Shown here piece after piece: positions 54,724 through 64,000 of a DNA stretch of 64,000 nucleotides. How positions within the stretch are numbered: position 1 is the stretch's first letter; the number at the start of each line of letters is the position of its first letter. Origin of the DNA: an uncultured Candidatus Saccharibacteria bacterium. Lineage in GTDB: Bacteria; Patescibacteriota; Minisyncoccia; Phycocordibacterales; CSBR16-119. Position numbers and translations under genes: made by a program. A model generated the notes under the pieces. The model worked only from the letters and a program-made list of their open reading frames with translations, did not search any database and was not told where the DNA came from. The stretch lies in the NCBI GenBank assembly GCA_964355515.1, contig CAYHDV010000001.1, forward strand, positions 26,544 through 90,543. Direction: 5' to 3'.

Positions 54724-55887
54724 ATGCCAAAAATTAACCCAGATATTCAATCATTTGCTCGAATCAAAGTAATCGGAATCGGAGGATCCGGAGGAAATGC
54801 CCTAAACCACATGATCACTGAAAAAGTAAGTGGTGTGGAATTTATTGCAATGAATACAGATACTCAGGATTTGCATAAATCAAAAGCTGAGAAAAAAATC
54901 CACCTTGGTAAAAATCTTACCAAAGGTCTAGGAGCGGGTATGAATCCAGAAGTTGGACGAAAAGCCGCTGATGAAACAAAAGCAGAAATCCAAGATGTTA
55001 TCAAAGGGTCAGACATGGTCTTCATCGCTTGTGGTATGGGAGGAGGAACAGGTACAGGTGCCGCTCCAATAGTAGCTCGAGCTGCCAAAGAACAAGGAAT
55101 ACTCACCGTCGCTGTGACCACTCGACCTTTCTTCTTTGAAGGGCAACAGAGGTTAAAAATTTCTCTTGCGGGAATAAAAGAACTCGAAAAAGAAGTGGAT
55201 GCTATTATCACTGTTCCAAATGACAGACTTCTTTCTATAACAGATGAAGACACCACTTTTGACAACGCCTTTGCTATGTCAGACGAAGTCCTAAGACAAG
55301 CTGTGGAAGGAATTTCAGATTTGATCACAACACCAGGGAAAATCAACGTAGACTTTGCCGATATAAAGGCGATCATGTCAGACGCTGGTTCTGCTCTTAT
55401 GGGTATTGGATATGCCTCAGGTGAAGGACGGGCAGAAAAGGCCGCTCTAGAAGCTATCAACTCCCCTCTTCTTGAGGTTTCTATCTCTGGAGCAAAGGGA
55501 GTGCTGTTTGCAATATCAGGTGGAGCTGACCTAGGAATCCAAGAAGTAAACAAAGCTGCAAAAATAATTACAGAAAACATCGACAAAGATGCTAAAGTAA
55601 TTTTCGGTACTATAAAAGATGACAAGCTAAAGAAAGGAGAAATCAAAGTTACAGTTATAGCCACAGGTTTCCCAGAAAATGCACCCAAGAAATCAATCTT
55701 CTCTGCTCAAGTTCAAGCTGAATCAAACAGAGAAAAAGAGGTTGAGCTTCCAGAACAACTAAAAGAAGTAGACCGACCAAAACTAGAAAAAGCTCCCATC
55801 CCAAACATCACACTAGATGACACAGACAGTGACGATGAGGAAGAAGATTGGAACGCTATCCCAGCATTTCTCCGAAGAAAGAAATAG
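54724..55887 (+). CDS. ftsZ: Cell division protein FtsZ
   Basis: GIGGSGGNALNHM, tubulin signature GGGTGTGAAP, acidic C-terminal tail. Terminator at 55895-55922. Confidence 0.95.
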   Translation: MPKINPDIQSFARIKVIGIGGSGGNALNHMITEKVSGVEFIAMNTDTQDLHKSKAEKKIHLGKNLTKGLGAGMNPEVGRKAADETKAEIQDVIKGSDMVFIACGMGGGTGTGAAPIVARAAKEQGILTVAVTTRPFFFEGQQRLKISLAGIKELEKEVDAIITVPNDRLLSITDEDTTFDNAFAMSDEVLRQAVEGISDLITTPGKINVDFADIKAIMSDAGSALMGIGYASGEGRAEKAALEAINSPLLEVSISGAKGVLFAISGGADLGIQEVNKAAKIITENIDKDAKVIFGTIKDDKLKKGEIKVTVIATGFPENAPKKSIFSAQVQAESNREKEVELPEQLKEVDRPKLEKAPIPNITLDDTDSDDEEEDWNAIPAFLRRKK

Positions 55888-56208
55888 AAAATAAAAAAGC
55901 CACGATCAAGTCGTGGCTTTTTTATTACCAATGCTGGAGCTGTGAGATTCTTTGATGCAAGACTCATGATTCTCAGTATATGAGGATTAGGAATTATGCC
56001 CTGAGATCCACCCCTTGATATCTCCGGTGAGGTCAAATCTTCTGACGCAATTTTCATTATTCTTTCTATAACAGGATTTCCCATGTCTTTGTGCTTTTTA
56101 TTCAAAATATCATAAACAATGCTTTTTGTAAATTTCAAAAAATCCAAATAATCTCAAGCTTAACTCTTTTTGGAGTCTCTTCCATTCTGCGGTATAATAC
56201 TCCTTATG

Positions 56209-57126
56209 TACGACATAATAATCATAGGTGGAGGGCCTGCTGCCTCAGCTGGAGCCGTGTACGCCGCACGAAAACAACTAAAGACGCTTCTTATCGCAAA
56301 AGAGTTCGGAGGACAATCAATGGTCTCTGAAAAAATATTTAACTGGATAGGGACACCAGAGATCTCTGGTTCTGATTTAGCAAAGAGCTTCCAAAATCAT
56401 GTGGAATATTACAAAGGAGAATATTTGGATATTAAAACTGGTGAGTTGGTAGAAAAAATAGAAAAAATGGGAGATGAATTTTCTGTAACAACAGATAAGA
56501 GTTCTGTATACACGGCAAAATCAGTTTTAATAGCCACAGGCTCAGGGCGGAGAAAGCTCACAGTCCCAGGTGCAGAAAAGTATGACAACAAAGGAATAGT
56601 GTACTGCGCCACTTGTGATGGCCCATTGTTCGGAGGACAAGATGTGGTGGTTATCGGCGGAGGAAACGCTGGGTTTGAAACAGCCGCACAGCTACTTGCC
56701 TATGCAAAGTCAGTGACCCTACTACAACGAGGAGACCAATATAAAGCAGACCCCGTAACAATAGAAAAAGTTCTCGCTCACCCAAACATGACAGGTATTC
56801 TAAACGCAACCATCACAGAAGTCTTCGGAGAATCCTTTGTCAAAGGAATCAAATATACAGACAAAGATGGTGAGGAAAAGACGCTTGCCGTATCAGGAGT
56901 ATTCGCAGAAATAGGTCAAATCCCAAATACTTCTTTTGCAGAGACACTGGTAAAGCTAGATGACTACAAACGAGTAGAAATTGACCCATGGACTCAAGCC
57001 ACATCTACCCCAGGGATCTGGGCTGCGGGAGACTGCGCAAACATCCGGTACCACCAAAACAACATCGCCGCAGGAGACGCTGTAAAAGCCATTGAAGATA
57101 TCTATATGTGGCTACACAAGAAATAA
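56209..57126 (+). CDS. trxB: Thioredoxin-disulfide reductase
   Basis: IIIGGGPAASAGAVYAAR FAD motif, redox CATCDG, second GGGNAG NADPH motif. The start was chosen at internal MYDIIIIGG. Confidence 0.9.
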   Translation, partial: YDIIIIGGGPAASAGAVYAARKQLKTLLIAKEFGGQSMVSEKIFNWIGTPEISGSDLAKSFQNHVEYYKGEYLDIKTGELVEKIEKMGDEFSVTTDKSSVYTAKSVLIATGSGRRKLTVPGAEKYDNKGIVYCATCDGPLFGGQDVVVIGGGNAGFETAAQLLAYAKSVTLLQRGDQYKADPVTIEKVLAHPNMTGILNATITEVFGESFVKGIKYTDKDGEEKTLAVSGVFAEIGQIPNTSFAETLVKLDDYKRVEIDPWTQATSTPGIWAAGDCANIRYHQNNIAAGDAVKAIEDIYMWLHKK

Positions 57127-57180
57127 ATAAGAGACAAAAAATCGACCCAAACAGGGTCGATTTTCATCTTAAATCTAATC

Positions 57181-57495
57181 TTAATTAATCAAACCAAGCT
57201 GATTCTTAACAGATTGATTAAAGCGATCCCACTGTGCTTTCACTTGTCTTTGGTAAGATTCTTGTTCAGAATTGATCATTCTCTTTTTCATACCTTCTGG
57301 TAGTGAGCCACTCTGGTAGACAGCAAGCATTTTATCGTGTCCTTCTTTAAAGGTTTTCAATGCTCGCAAGTGTGGGTCCTTAAGAATTTCAATATTCCTG
57401 AGAATAGCTTGATTTACTTGCTTATTTAGTTGATTTTTGTACTGAGCTAATTGCTCATTTAAATGTTTCTGTAATAATTTCAACTCTTCGTCCAT
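57181..57495 (-). CDS. Hypothetical coiled-coil protein
   Basis: 104-aa ORF with bidirectional terminator at 57142-57168. Confidence 0.35.
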   Translation of the reverse strand: MDEELKLLQKHLNEQLAQYKNQLNKQVNQAILRNIEILKDPHLRALKTFKEGHDKMLAVYQSGSLPEGMKKRMINSEQESYQRQVKAQWDRFNQSVKNQLGLIN

Positions 57496-57605
57496 GATGT
57501 TTATAAATTATTTTTTATAAATATTAACACTTTTTTTAAAATATGTCCAGTATTATACATAAAGATAAAAGTGTATTTTTTTGTTTTCGCGTTATAATAA
57601 ATCTA

Positions 57606-58232
57606 ATGAAAAAATATCAAAAAATACTTTTTTACTCTTTCTTAGTTTTTTTAATAATATTTTTTGCTTTTATCACCTATTTCAACCGCGCACCAGAGAG
57701 AATTACCCCAGAAGGAAATGTGGTAGTCTCGCCTGCTACTGGGGATGTGATTCATATTGAAGTTGCTGACTCAAGCGAAATTTCTTTTCTCAAGAAAGGA
57801 ATTGTAAATACTTTAACTGTTCAAGGAGTAGAACCTCCATATAATATCGTTGTGATAGAAATGGATCCAACAGATGTCCATGTACAAAGAGCACCTATCG
57901 CAGGAGAGATTACTTATCAGGAGCATGTTGATGGGAAACACCAAAATGCACTCTGGTCAAAAAACGTTACAGAGCTCGCAAACGAAAATGAGAAAAATCT
58001 TGTGGTCATAAAAAACGAAGAAATATCTATCGGAGTGATCCAAGTAGCAGGAATTATGGCGCGCCGAATTGTGAGCTTCATCTCCCCTCCTGACAAAGTA
58101 GAAAAAGGAGAAATATACGGTAAGATAAATCTAGGCTCTCAAGTGGTTTTGGTTCTACCTGCTTATTTACCCCTTGAAGTCTCTGTTGGACAAACTCTTA
58201 CAGATGGAGAAAGCATTATTAGCCGGTATTAG
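57606..58232 (+). CDS. psd: Phosphatidylserine decarboxylase-related protein (short archaeal-type form)
   Basis: N-terminal TM, ...GEIYGKINLGSQVVLVLP... C-terminal GS motif region. The start was chosen at internal MKKYQK. Confidence 0.6.
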   Translation: MKKYQKILFYSFLVFLIIFFAFITYFNRAPERITPEGNVVVSPATGDVIHIEVADSSEISFLKKGIVNTLTVQGVEPPYNIVVIEMDPTDVHVQRAPIAGEITYQEHVDGKHQNALWSKNVTELANENEKNLVVIKNEEISIGVIQVAGIMARRIVSFISPPDKVEKGEIYGKINLGSQVVLVLPAYLPLEVSVGQTLTDGESIISRY

Positions 58233-58314
58233 AAAACTCTCCACAAACTAAAGAAAAACCGACCCAGCGTGGGTCGGTTTTCAGGGTCGAATAGATATTC
58301 AACTCTTCTCATGA

Positions 58315-58482
58315 TTATTTATGAAGATCTTTTGTCAGATCTGGTTCTTCTTTTGGAAAAACCTTGTCGGTCTTTGAATTCTTCCCAACCTCAAGTGGTT
58401 TAATGATCACCTCTGGCTCCCTGAAGCAAGACACAATGAAGATCATAATAAGGGTAACGGGTACTAAGAAGAGCTTTTTCAT
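58315..58482 (-). CDS. Small lipoprotein (55 aa), not in the ORF track
   Basis: Minus-strand translation gives MKKLFLVPVTLIMIFIVSCFREPEVIIKPLEVGKNSKTDKVFPKEEPDLTKDLHK with lipobox IVSC. Terminator at 58258-58285 immediately downstream. Confidence 0.45.
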   Translation of the reverse strand: MKKLFLVPVTLIMIFIVSCFREPEVIIKPLEVGKNSKTDKVFPKEEPDLTKDLHK

Positions 58483-58656
58483 TAGATCTGAATTTTATGT
58501 TTAGCATATTATAGCATATATAATATTTATGTCAATCAATCTCTACATAAAAATAGCTGAAGGCCGTCTACTTAAAAAGAGCCTTTATATAAAGGCTCTT
58601 TTTAAGATTAACTGAGATGGTTATAACCCCAAATAAGAATATCTTATCTCAGAATA

Positions 58657-59661
58657 TTAATTCATCTTTGAATATGGAGGATAGATTTCTTTGTCTATTG
58701 TTCTTTCAAAGCAAGTCTCCCCCACTTCATGATTCCAAGAATCACCACCAGAAACACCAGGATAAGGCATAGAAGAATCCACCATGTCTCCAACGATCAT
58801 AGGCCTCACACCTCCTCCACCATATTCTACCCAGCCTTCTTGAGATACATCAGAGAAAGTTGCACACAACTCAAATGTTATATCTGCTTTCTTTTTGTAA
58901 GTATAAGCTCGTCCTTTTTCAAACTCTGGATCAACAGGTATTGTGTATCCAGAAAGAGGGTTCACCAGATCAGACAATTGCTCTGGAAGTTTTTCTTTTT
59001 GTTGCCAATAAGAGATCACTTGCCATTGAATAGTCTGCAAGTCTTCCACCCGTCTTTGATCAAGCCTCCATTCTCTCTGGTCTTTTGGTGAACCAATAAT
59101 AGTAAAGCTAAGCACCACCGCCACAAGCACTAGTAACGGACCAGCAATCATACTTGATTTGATAATTAAATTTTTCCACTTTTTGAAAGCTCCAAGCTCT
59201 ACCAGATAGTATGCTCCGATTATTTTTGCGGTAGCAAGTACGAGCAAGACTTTCAATATAAATCGTGTAGTAATTTCTCCTGATACAAAGTAATTCACAA
59301 GAGTCACCAAGTCCACAATCAAAATCACACCCACCAGAAAGACTATTAGGTACAACATCCACTTTTTAATTATTTCATCCACTCTACCCTGCTTGATATC
59401 CACCGCCTTTTTCCAAAAATAAGAAACTGCCAAAAATACGGGGAGGACGATTATCAAAGTTGCGATAGAAGTCCTGATTGATTCATAATCCCAAGATGAA
59501 TATCCGTATTGATATACAGCATTCAAAGCATCTGGGAACTTTTTATTTAACGCTTCAAATACTAAGTTCAAAAAAGCTACTACTGTGGCTATAAGCGTAA
59601 CCAAAACTCCTAACGAAAGGAAAAAGAATTTTGGTGTCATTTTTTCTGATGTGTGTTCCAT
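58657..59661 (-). CDS. Polytopic membrane protein of unknown function
   Basis: 334 aa. About six TM helices, then a soluble C-terminal domain. Confidence 0.5.
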   Translation of the reverse strand: MEHTSEKMTPKFFFLSLGVLVTLIATVVAFLNLVFEALNKKFPDALNAVYQYGYSSWDYESIRTSIATLIIVLPVFLAVSYFWKKAVDIKQGRVDEIIKKWMLYLIVFLVGVILIVDLVTLVNYFVSGEITTRFILKVLLVLATAKIIGAYYLVELGAFKKWKNLIIKSSMIAGPLLVLVAVVLSFTIIGSPKDQREWRLDQRRVEDLQTIQWQVISYWQQKEKLPEQLSDLVNPLSGYTIPVDPEFEKGRAYTYKKKADITFELCATFSDVSQEGWVEYGGGGVRPMIVGDMVDSSMPYPGVSGGDSWNHEVGETCFERTIDKEIYPPYSKMN

Positions 59662-59734
59662 GATTATGTTGTTTATTTATAATATCCTCATTATACTCCA
59701 AAAAGCAGGAAAAGGTTGTTTCCTGCTGGCTCAT

Positions 59735-62700
59735 TTATACTAATACTACTGGATGTGCTCCACTCTTATTATAAATTGGATAACCATTAAAATTAGTTTC
59801 TTTTGTATTTTTTAATGAAATAGCATTTTCTCTCTTAAAAGATTTTTGATAATACTCGACAACATAACCCCTATTAGATGCAGAACCCGAATTATATGCA
59901 ACTCCAATTTTCTTAATCCCCCTAATTTCTCCAACTTTTTTAACTTCTCCTATTATTTTCTCAATAAGTTCATTAGGATCAACTATCTGGGAAAGATTTT
60001 GTGAGGGATTATTTGCTCTTATAACGAGTATTGGTTCGTTCCTATCTGTTTTTGTTTCAACAACCAAGAATGATCCTGTAAATTTTGCTTGAGAAGTATT
60101 TTTATCTATTACCAAAGAATACGAGATGATATTTTCATATTCACCCTTTGCTAATTCTAGATTTCTTCTACTAGTACAAGCACCTCCAAGATCTCCAGAA
60201 AATATTCTTTGCATCCCCTTTGACGGTATGAGGGTTATTTCTTTTTTCTTTTGGCTAAGCTCCCCTCTTTCAAGGATTTCTAATTTCTTCTCTGTATTAG
60301 CAAGAATTCCTTTTTCAAAATCTTGTGTTCCCCATATTTTTTTTAAATACTTAATTGTATTTTTATCACTTATAGCGGCAGCATCAGTTTCTCCATGTTT
60401 TTTATCCAAATAATGTTCGGCAACATGAGAACGTATAAACTCACTTAGGATACTAACACTATCCGCTGACGGTTTGGATGTAAACATGTCTTTATTATTT
60501 AATTTTTCCATTTGACTCGGAAATTTTTTTGCCATGTCCATCAAAGATAGGCTCATCAATAGCTCTTGTTTTGATTTAAAATCATCGGGAACAACCGAAT
60601 TGTAAGCTTCCATGATTTCTGGTATTGTTTTTTGTTTTATATTTACTGAAGTTAGATCAGCTAATGATTTTTCAAGTAAACTTTTTTTCTTATTCAAACC
60701 AATAACTAATTTCTCATTTTTCTGCTCTTTCTGTTCTTCTATTTCCATGTTTTGCATGGTAAGTGCAAGCTGATCATTTATTTCTAAGATGACTTCTTGG
60801 TTATAAAAACTCAATTTTTCGTCCAAAGAAATGTTTTTGTTTTCATCTAGTGACTTTATTGCTTGAAAAATTTTTTCATGAAAATTAACGAGGTCAGGGT
60901 TATTAAAAAGATCTGAAAGATGTTTATCAATATCAATACTTTCTCGGTTTTCTGTACCATATTCCCCTACAGATATATTTGTTTCTTTATAACCTTCTGG
61001 AATTTGAAATAATTCTGGACTACTTTCATATTTTTTCCTATATGTATTCAATGTTTCTTCCATTGTCCCTCCTTGTGAATGACCAGAATCTCCTTTTATT
61101 GAGGTCAAAAATTCTTTTCCAAAATCTGAACTAAGGACTTTATTAATAACTAAAATATCCTCATTTACTAAACCTTGAGTAATAGTCTGTCTGTATCTTT
61201 CAATTTCATTTAGTAAAAGATTTATGTTGGTTGGGTCTTTCTCGCATAATTTATCAACGTCTATGTCAAAATTGCTCTTAATTTTACTTTTTAGATTTTC
61301 AGTCATATTTAAGACTGAATCATTTCGCTTAATTTCAGTAAAAAGTTTAAAATAATTTGGCAAATTCACAGGGCCAACTTTCTTTATATATTCGAAAAAT
61401 ATTTTACTATCTTCTATTTTATTACTATCTAAAATGCCTTGTTCTACCATTGATCTAGCAAGAGGATTAATGTCTGTGTGCCATTTATCATACTCTTGTC
61501 TACGTGAATGTTTATAGATTGATAATATTTTTTCAACACTCTTAGCCCATGCGGAATTCTCAAGTTTCTCTTTTACTTCCTCGGTATATTTTTCTGGTAT
61601 TTTATGTAAATCAACCATCAATAATGATAATTGAGATATGTTGAATCTATTTTTCTTTGTATTGTTCTCAATAAAAGATTCTATGCTAGGCAAAAATGCC
61701 TCGTCAGCTTTCTGCGAAAGTTTTACACCATCTTCGTTTTTCAAAAGACCATTTTCAGTAAATTTTCTTATTTGATCTTTTTCAAATTCGAGCAAGGTTT
61801 TATAATCTCCCCATGATACATGGTCATTAATTCTAGAAGAAAGCCTTCTAAAAACCTCTTCTTTTACTATCTCTTTAATTTCAGGAGAAGAAGAAAATAT
61901 CTTAGTCCCAACAAAGTTAAGATACTCTCCATCGTTAGCATCTTTAGTAATTAACTTTAAAATTGTATGTTTTTCTTCAAGAGAATACGGAAATTCCGCG
62001 TTCTCTAATACCTTTGACATTGGATGATATGGGATAGAAACTAAATTAACAAACATCTTCCTGTAAATGATGTCTTTTTCTGTTTCAGAGAAACCGGCCA
62101 GATCAACCAATTGCTGAAAACTTCCTAAGCTACGAGAGGCTTTGGAAGCTCTTTCCGGATATCGTTCCTGTGGGTCAGTCATTTCTAAAATCTTTTCCTT
62201 TAGAAAAAGAGTGCTATCTTTTTCTAAAGAAATATTATTTTCAGAAACAAATTGAACAAAAGCATCCACTCGATCAGGAAGATTTATGTAGTCCCAGCTG
62301 TGATTAAGGTTAATATCTTGTGATTCAGGCACCCTATCTATCTTTGAAAAGATATGGTGAGAGTTCGCGTCGGTGTGCATTTTTGATGACTTTTCAAAAT
62401 AAGCTTTTAGATATTTAATTTGTTCCTCATCTTTACAATCTATTATTTTATTCAAATTTGCAGCATATAATATATCCATGTCCGAATTCCTGCTCCGATA
62501 GTTATAGGAAAGAGTGAATACTTCCTCATATTTTCTATGTTGAATAAATTCGTTATAGTTTTTTGCTGCAGATATAGTATCTTTTGGTAACACCTTGTCT
62601 GCTATCCCCTCATAGTTCTTGAGAATTTTTGCTATTGAATAAATACTAGATTTACCACGACCTAACCCAACATGCCCAGCCAAAATATCTGCGTCATTTT

Positions 62701-63106
62701 GATTCTCTCGCCCGATATTTTCTATTAGTTTTTCTATCTTGGAATGGATTGGGCGTATTTTAAATTCAGCAATAATAGAGTTATGAAGATTTTGGAAGTT
62801 TTCTTCATAATAACTGATAATTTGCTCCTGCAATCCTAACTTCACTTTTTCCGCTTTTTTATATATATCTTTATCTACCCATGAAACTTTTTCCAAAATT
62901 GCCTTAATTTCTTCTTCGGTTGCAGATAAAAGTTTGAGTTTTTTTGTAATTTCATCTGTGTTGCTAATCGCGGTGTCGGCAATAATGTCAATTTGATCTT
63001 CAGTGATATCAAGAATATTATTTGTATTCTCCAATACCCCTATCTGCTCTATTTTTTCTTGGGCATCTTCTTCAACTGTCTTTTTTTCAAAATTATTTTT
63101 TTCCAT
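59735..63106 (-). CDS. Giant (1123 aa) K/E/N-rich cytoplasmic protein of unknown function; strongly AT-rich relative to its neighbours
   Basis: Uninterrupted 3.4-kb ORF with no TM or signal peptide and no recognisable catalytic motif. Composition is distinct from flanking genes. Confidence 0.6.
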   Translation of the reverse strand: MEKNNFEKKTVEEDAQEKIEQIGVLENTNNILDITEDQIDIIADTAISNTDEITKKLKLLSATEEEIKAILEKVSWVDKDIYKKAEKVKLGLQEQIISYYEENFQNLHNSIIAEFKIRPIHSKIEKLIENIGRENQNDADILAGHVGLGRGKSSIYSIAKILKNYEGIADKVLPKDTISAAKNYNEFIQHRKYEEVFTLSYNYRSRNSDMDILYAANLNKIIDCKDEEQIKYLKAYFEKSSKMHTDANSHHIFSKIDRVPESQDINLNHSWDYINLPDRVDAFVQFVSENNISLEKDSTLFLKEKILEMTDPQERYPERASKASRSLGSFQQLVDLAGFSETEKDIIYRKMFVNLVSIPYHPMSKVLENAEFPYSLEEKHTILKLITKDANDGEYLNFVGTKIFSSSPEIKEIVKEEVFRRLSSRINDHVSWGDYKTLLEFEKDQIRKFTENGLLKNEDGVKLSQKADEAFLPSIESFIENNTKKNRFNISQLSLLMVDLHKIPEKYTEEVKEKLENSAWAKSVEKILSIYKHSRRQEYDKWHTDINPLARSMVEQGILDSNKIEDSKIFFEYIKKVGPVNLPNYFKLFTEIKRNDSVLNMTENLKSKIKSNFDIDVDKLCEKDPTNINLLLNEIERYRQTITQGLVNEDILVINKVLSSDFGKEFLTSIKGDSGHSQGGTMEETLNTYRKKYESSPELFQIPEGYKETNISVGEYGTENRESIDIDKHLSDLFNNPDLVNFHEKIFQAIKSLDENKNISLDEKLSFYNQEVILEINDQLALTMQNMEIEEQKEQKNEKLVIGLNKKKSLLEKSLADLTSVNIKQKTIPEIMEAYNSVVPDDFKSKQELLMSLSLMDMAKKFPSQMEKLNNKDMFTSKPSADSVSILSEFIRSHVAEHYLDKKHGETDAAAISDKNTIKYLKKIWGTQDFEKGILANTEKKLEILERGELSQKKKEITLIPSKGMQRIFSGDLGGACTSRRNLELAKGEYENIISYSLVIDKNTSQAKFTGSFLVVETKTDRNEPILVIRANNPSQNLSQIVDPNELIEKIIGEVKKVGEIRGIKKIGVAYNSGSASNRGYVVEYYQKSFKRENAISLKNTKETNFNGYPIYNKSGAHPVVLV

Positions 63107-63266
63107 AAATATCTTTTTTTAATTGGACAATTTTTCTTTCTTCGAGATGATGTGTTGCTTCAAGTAAAATATCCTTTTTTTGTTGAGAAAGTTTTTGTAT
63201 TTCTTCCGTATAATTAGCAAGCGCTTTATGGACTATCTTTTTAATTTCAGAAATTTTATTTTTCAT
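63093..63266 (-). CDS. Small (57 aa) coiled-coil protein overlapping the start of the giant ORF by 14 nt, not in the ORF track
   Basis: MKNKISEIKKIVHKALANYTEEIQKLSQQKKDILLEATHHLEERKIVQLKKDIYGKK. Translational-coupling geometry (ATGGAAAAAAATAA overlap). Confidence 0.35.
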   Translation of the reverse strand: MKNKISEIKKIVHKALANYTEEIQKLSQQKKDILLEATHHLEERKIVQLKKDIYGKK

Positions 63267-63764
63267 ATTATTTAATCAATTCCTCAATCAGAATTTAAAA
63301 TACGTGCGCTGATTTTTTAATATTCTTAAGTGGTATATTGCATACCCCTCTTTTCTATTCCGATAATGTATCTAACATGTATATCAAACAATTTCGCCAA
63401 ATCCTCATATTCCTTATCTTTTTTAAAGCCAAAATGATTCTGCTTTTTTACCGAACTTGATTGATATTGTAGATATATACACAGCTAAGCTGTTACATAC
63501 AGAATAGCAAATATTGTAAGATATATCTACATGGATTCATAAGCCACAAGTGTATTTCTTTTTCAAGAAAAGTGGATACTGGTGTCAGGTACCATTATGT
63601 GTGGATTTTATTGTGTCACAAATCACTAAGTCTACTCACATACTTCGTGTGTTGCGTGGACTAAGTGTTCGTGACCTCAGTTCGAGGTTTTTCTTTGTAG
63701 TACAAAGAAAAACAACTCTGCGCTTTCACAAAACGCCGAAAGCAAAGCAGTTTGCTTTCTAAAA

Positions 63765-63800
63765 ACAACAAAACGCCTATTTAGGCGTTTTGTTGTTTTT
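63765..63800. terminator. Hairpin terminator downstream of tRNA-Glu
   Basis: aacaacaaaacgcctatttaggcgttttgttgtt, followed by a T-run on the minus strand. Confidence 0.7.
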
Positions 63801-63808
63801 ACGTTTTG

Positions 63809-63880
63809 TGACCCTACAGAGAATCGAACTCTGATTACCACATTGAAAACGTGGTGTCCTAACCGTTAGACGATAGGGCC
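63809..63880 (-). tRNA. tRNA-Glu (anticodon UUC)
   Basis: Reverse complement reads GGCCCUAUCGUCUAACGGUUAGGACACCACGUUUUCAAUGUGGUAAUCAGAGUUCGAUUCUCUGUAGGGUCA. 7-bp acceptor stem, anticodon loop UUUUCAA, T-loop GGUUCGAUUC, no encoded CCA. Confidence 0.85.
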
Positions 63881-64000
63881 ATGTGCTAAATATTAGAATA
63901 TTTAACAAAAAGTAGTATACCATTTTTGTAAAATGGCGCAACAAATTAAAAAAGCGCCCAGAGGCGCTTTTTTGTTATTCACAAGTAACTGAATTTTTAC

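Noticed and set aside
55713-56147. 144-aa minus-strand ORF overlapping the 3' end of ftsZ and its terminator
   Set aside because: It overlaps the ftsZ coding sequence and terminator. The internal peptide repeat reflects local DNA repeats, and there is no independent support.
63550-63762. 70-aa ORF in the AT-rich region between the giant gene and tRNA-Glu
   Set aside because: It has low-complexity AT-rich sequence with no start context and overlaps the tRNA terminator, so it is likely non-coding.
1-64000. CRISPR arrays, rRNA genes, transposases/integrases, DGR reverse transcriptase
   Set aside because: No regularly spaced direct repeats, no rRNA-like conserved blocks, and no ORF with DDE, tyrosine-recombinase or YxDD RT motifs were seen in the six-frame translations.

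Overview
This is a compact, AT-rich bacterial chromosomal segment dominated by housekeeping genes. It carries the rpsM-rpsK-rpsD-rpoA-rplQ-rplM-rpsI ribosomal/RNA polymerase block with infA and rpmJ, plus dnaB, recR, a grpE-dnaK operon, dnaJ, ftsA-ftsZ, mreB, frr, five aminoacyl-tRNA synthetases (AspRS N-terminus, TrpRS, CysRS, AlaRS, mnmA nearby), truB, rsmE, uppP, trxB and one tRNA-Glu(UUC). The gene content, short intergenic regions and many orphan hypothetical, secreted or membrane proteins resemble a reduced Patescibacteria/CPR-like genome; this is an inference from sequence only. I found no CRISPR array, no rRNA and no transposase or integrase.

The most notable finding is a diversity-generating-retroelement (DGR)-like template/variable repeat pair. 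A 106-nt sequence occurs at 11050-11155 (intergenic) and at 11525-11630, which spans the stop codon (11572-11574) of a small lipoprotein gene (11572..12027, minus strand). The two copies differ at 14 positions, and every one is an adenine in the intergenic copy on the lipoprotein-sense strand. No reverse transcriptase is encoded in the window.

Other notable points: GC-rich perfect palindromes (CCTGCCTGCCGG(A)CAGGCAGG) lie in-frame inside truB and grpE; a family of short dispersed repeats; a 3.4-kb very AT-rich giant ORF next to tRNA-Glu; and a strongly GC-enriched 800-aa T/S-rich secreted protein. There are also leader terminators in front of trpS and mnmA, and a divergent PaaX-like regulator with a palindromic operator candidate at the grpE-dnaK promoter.
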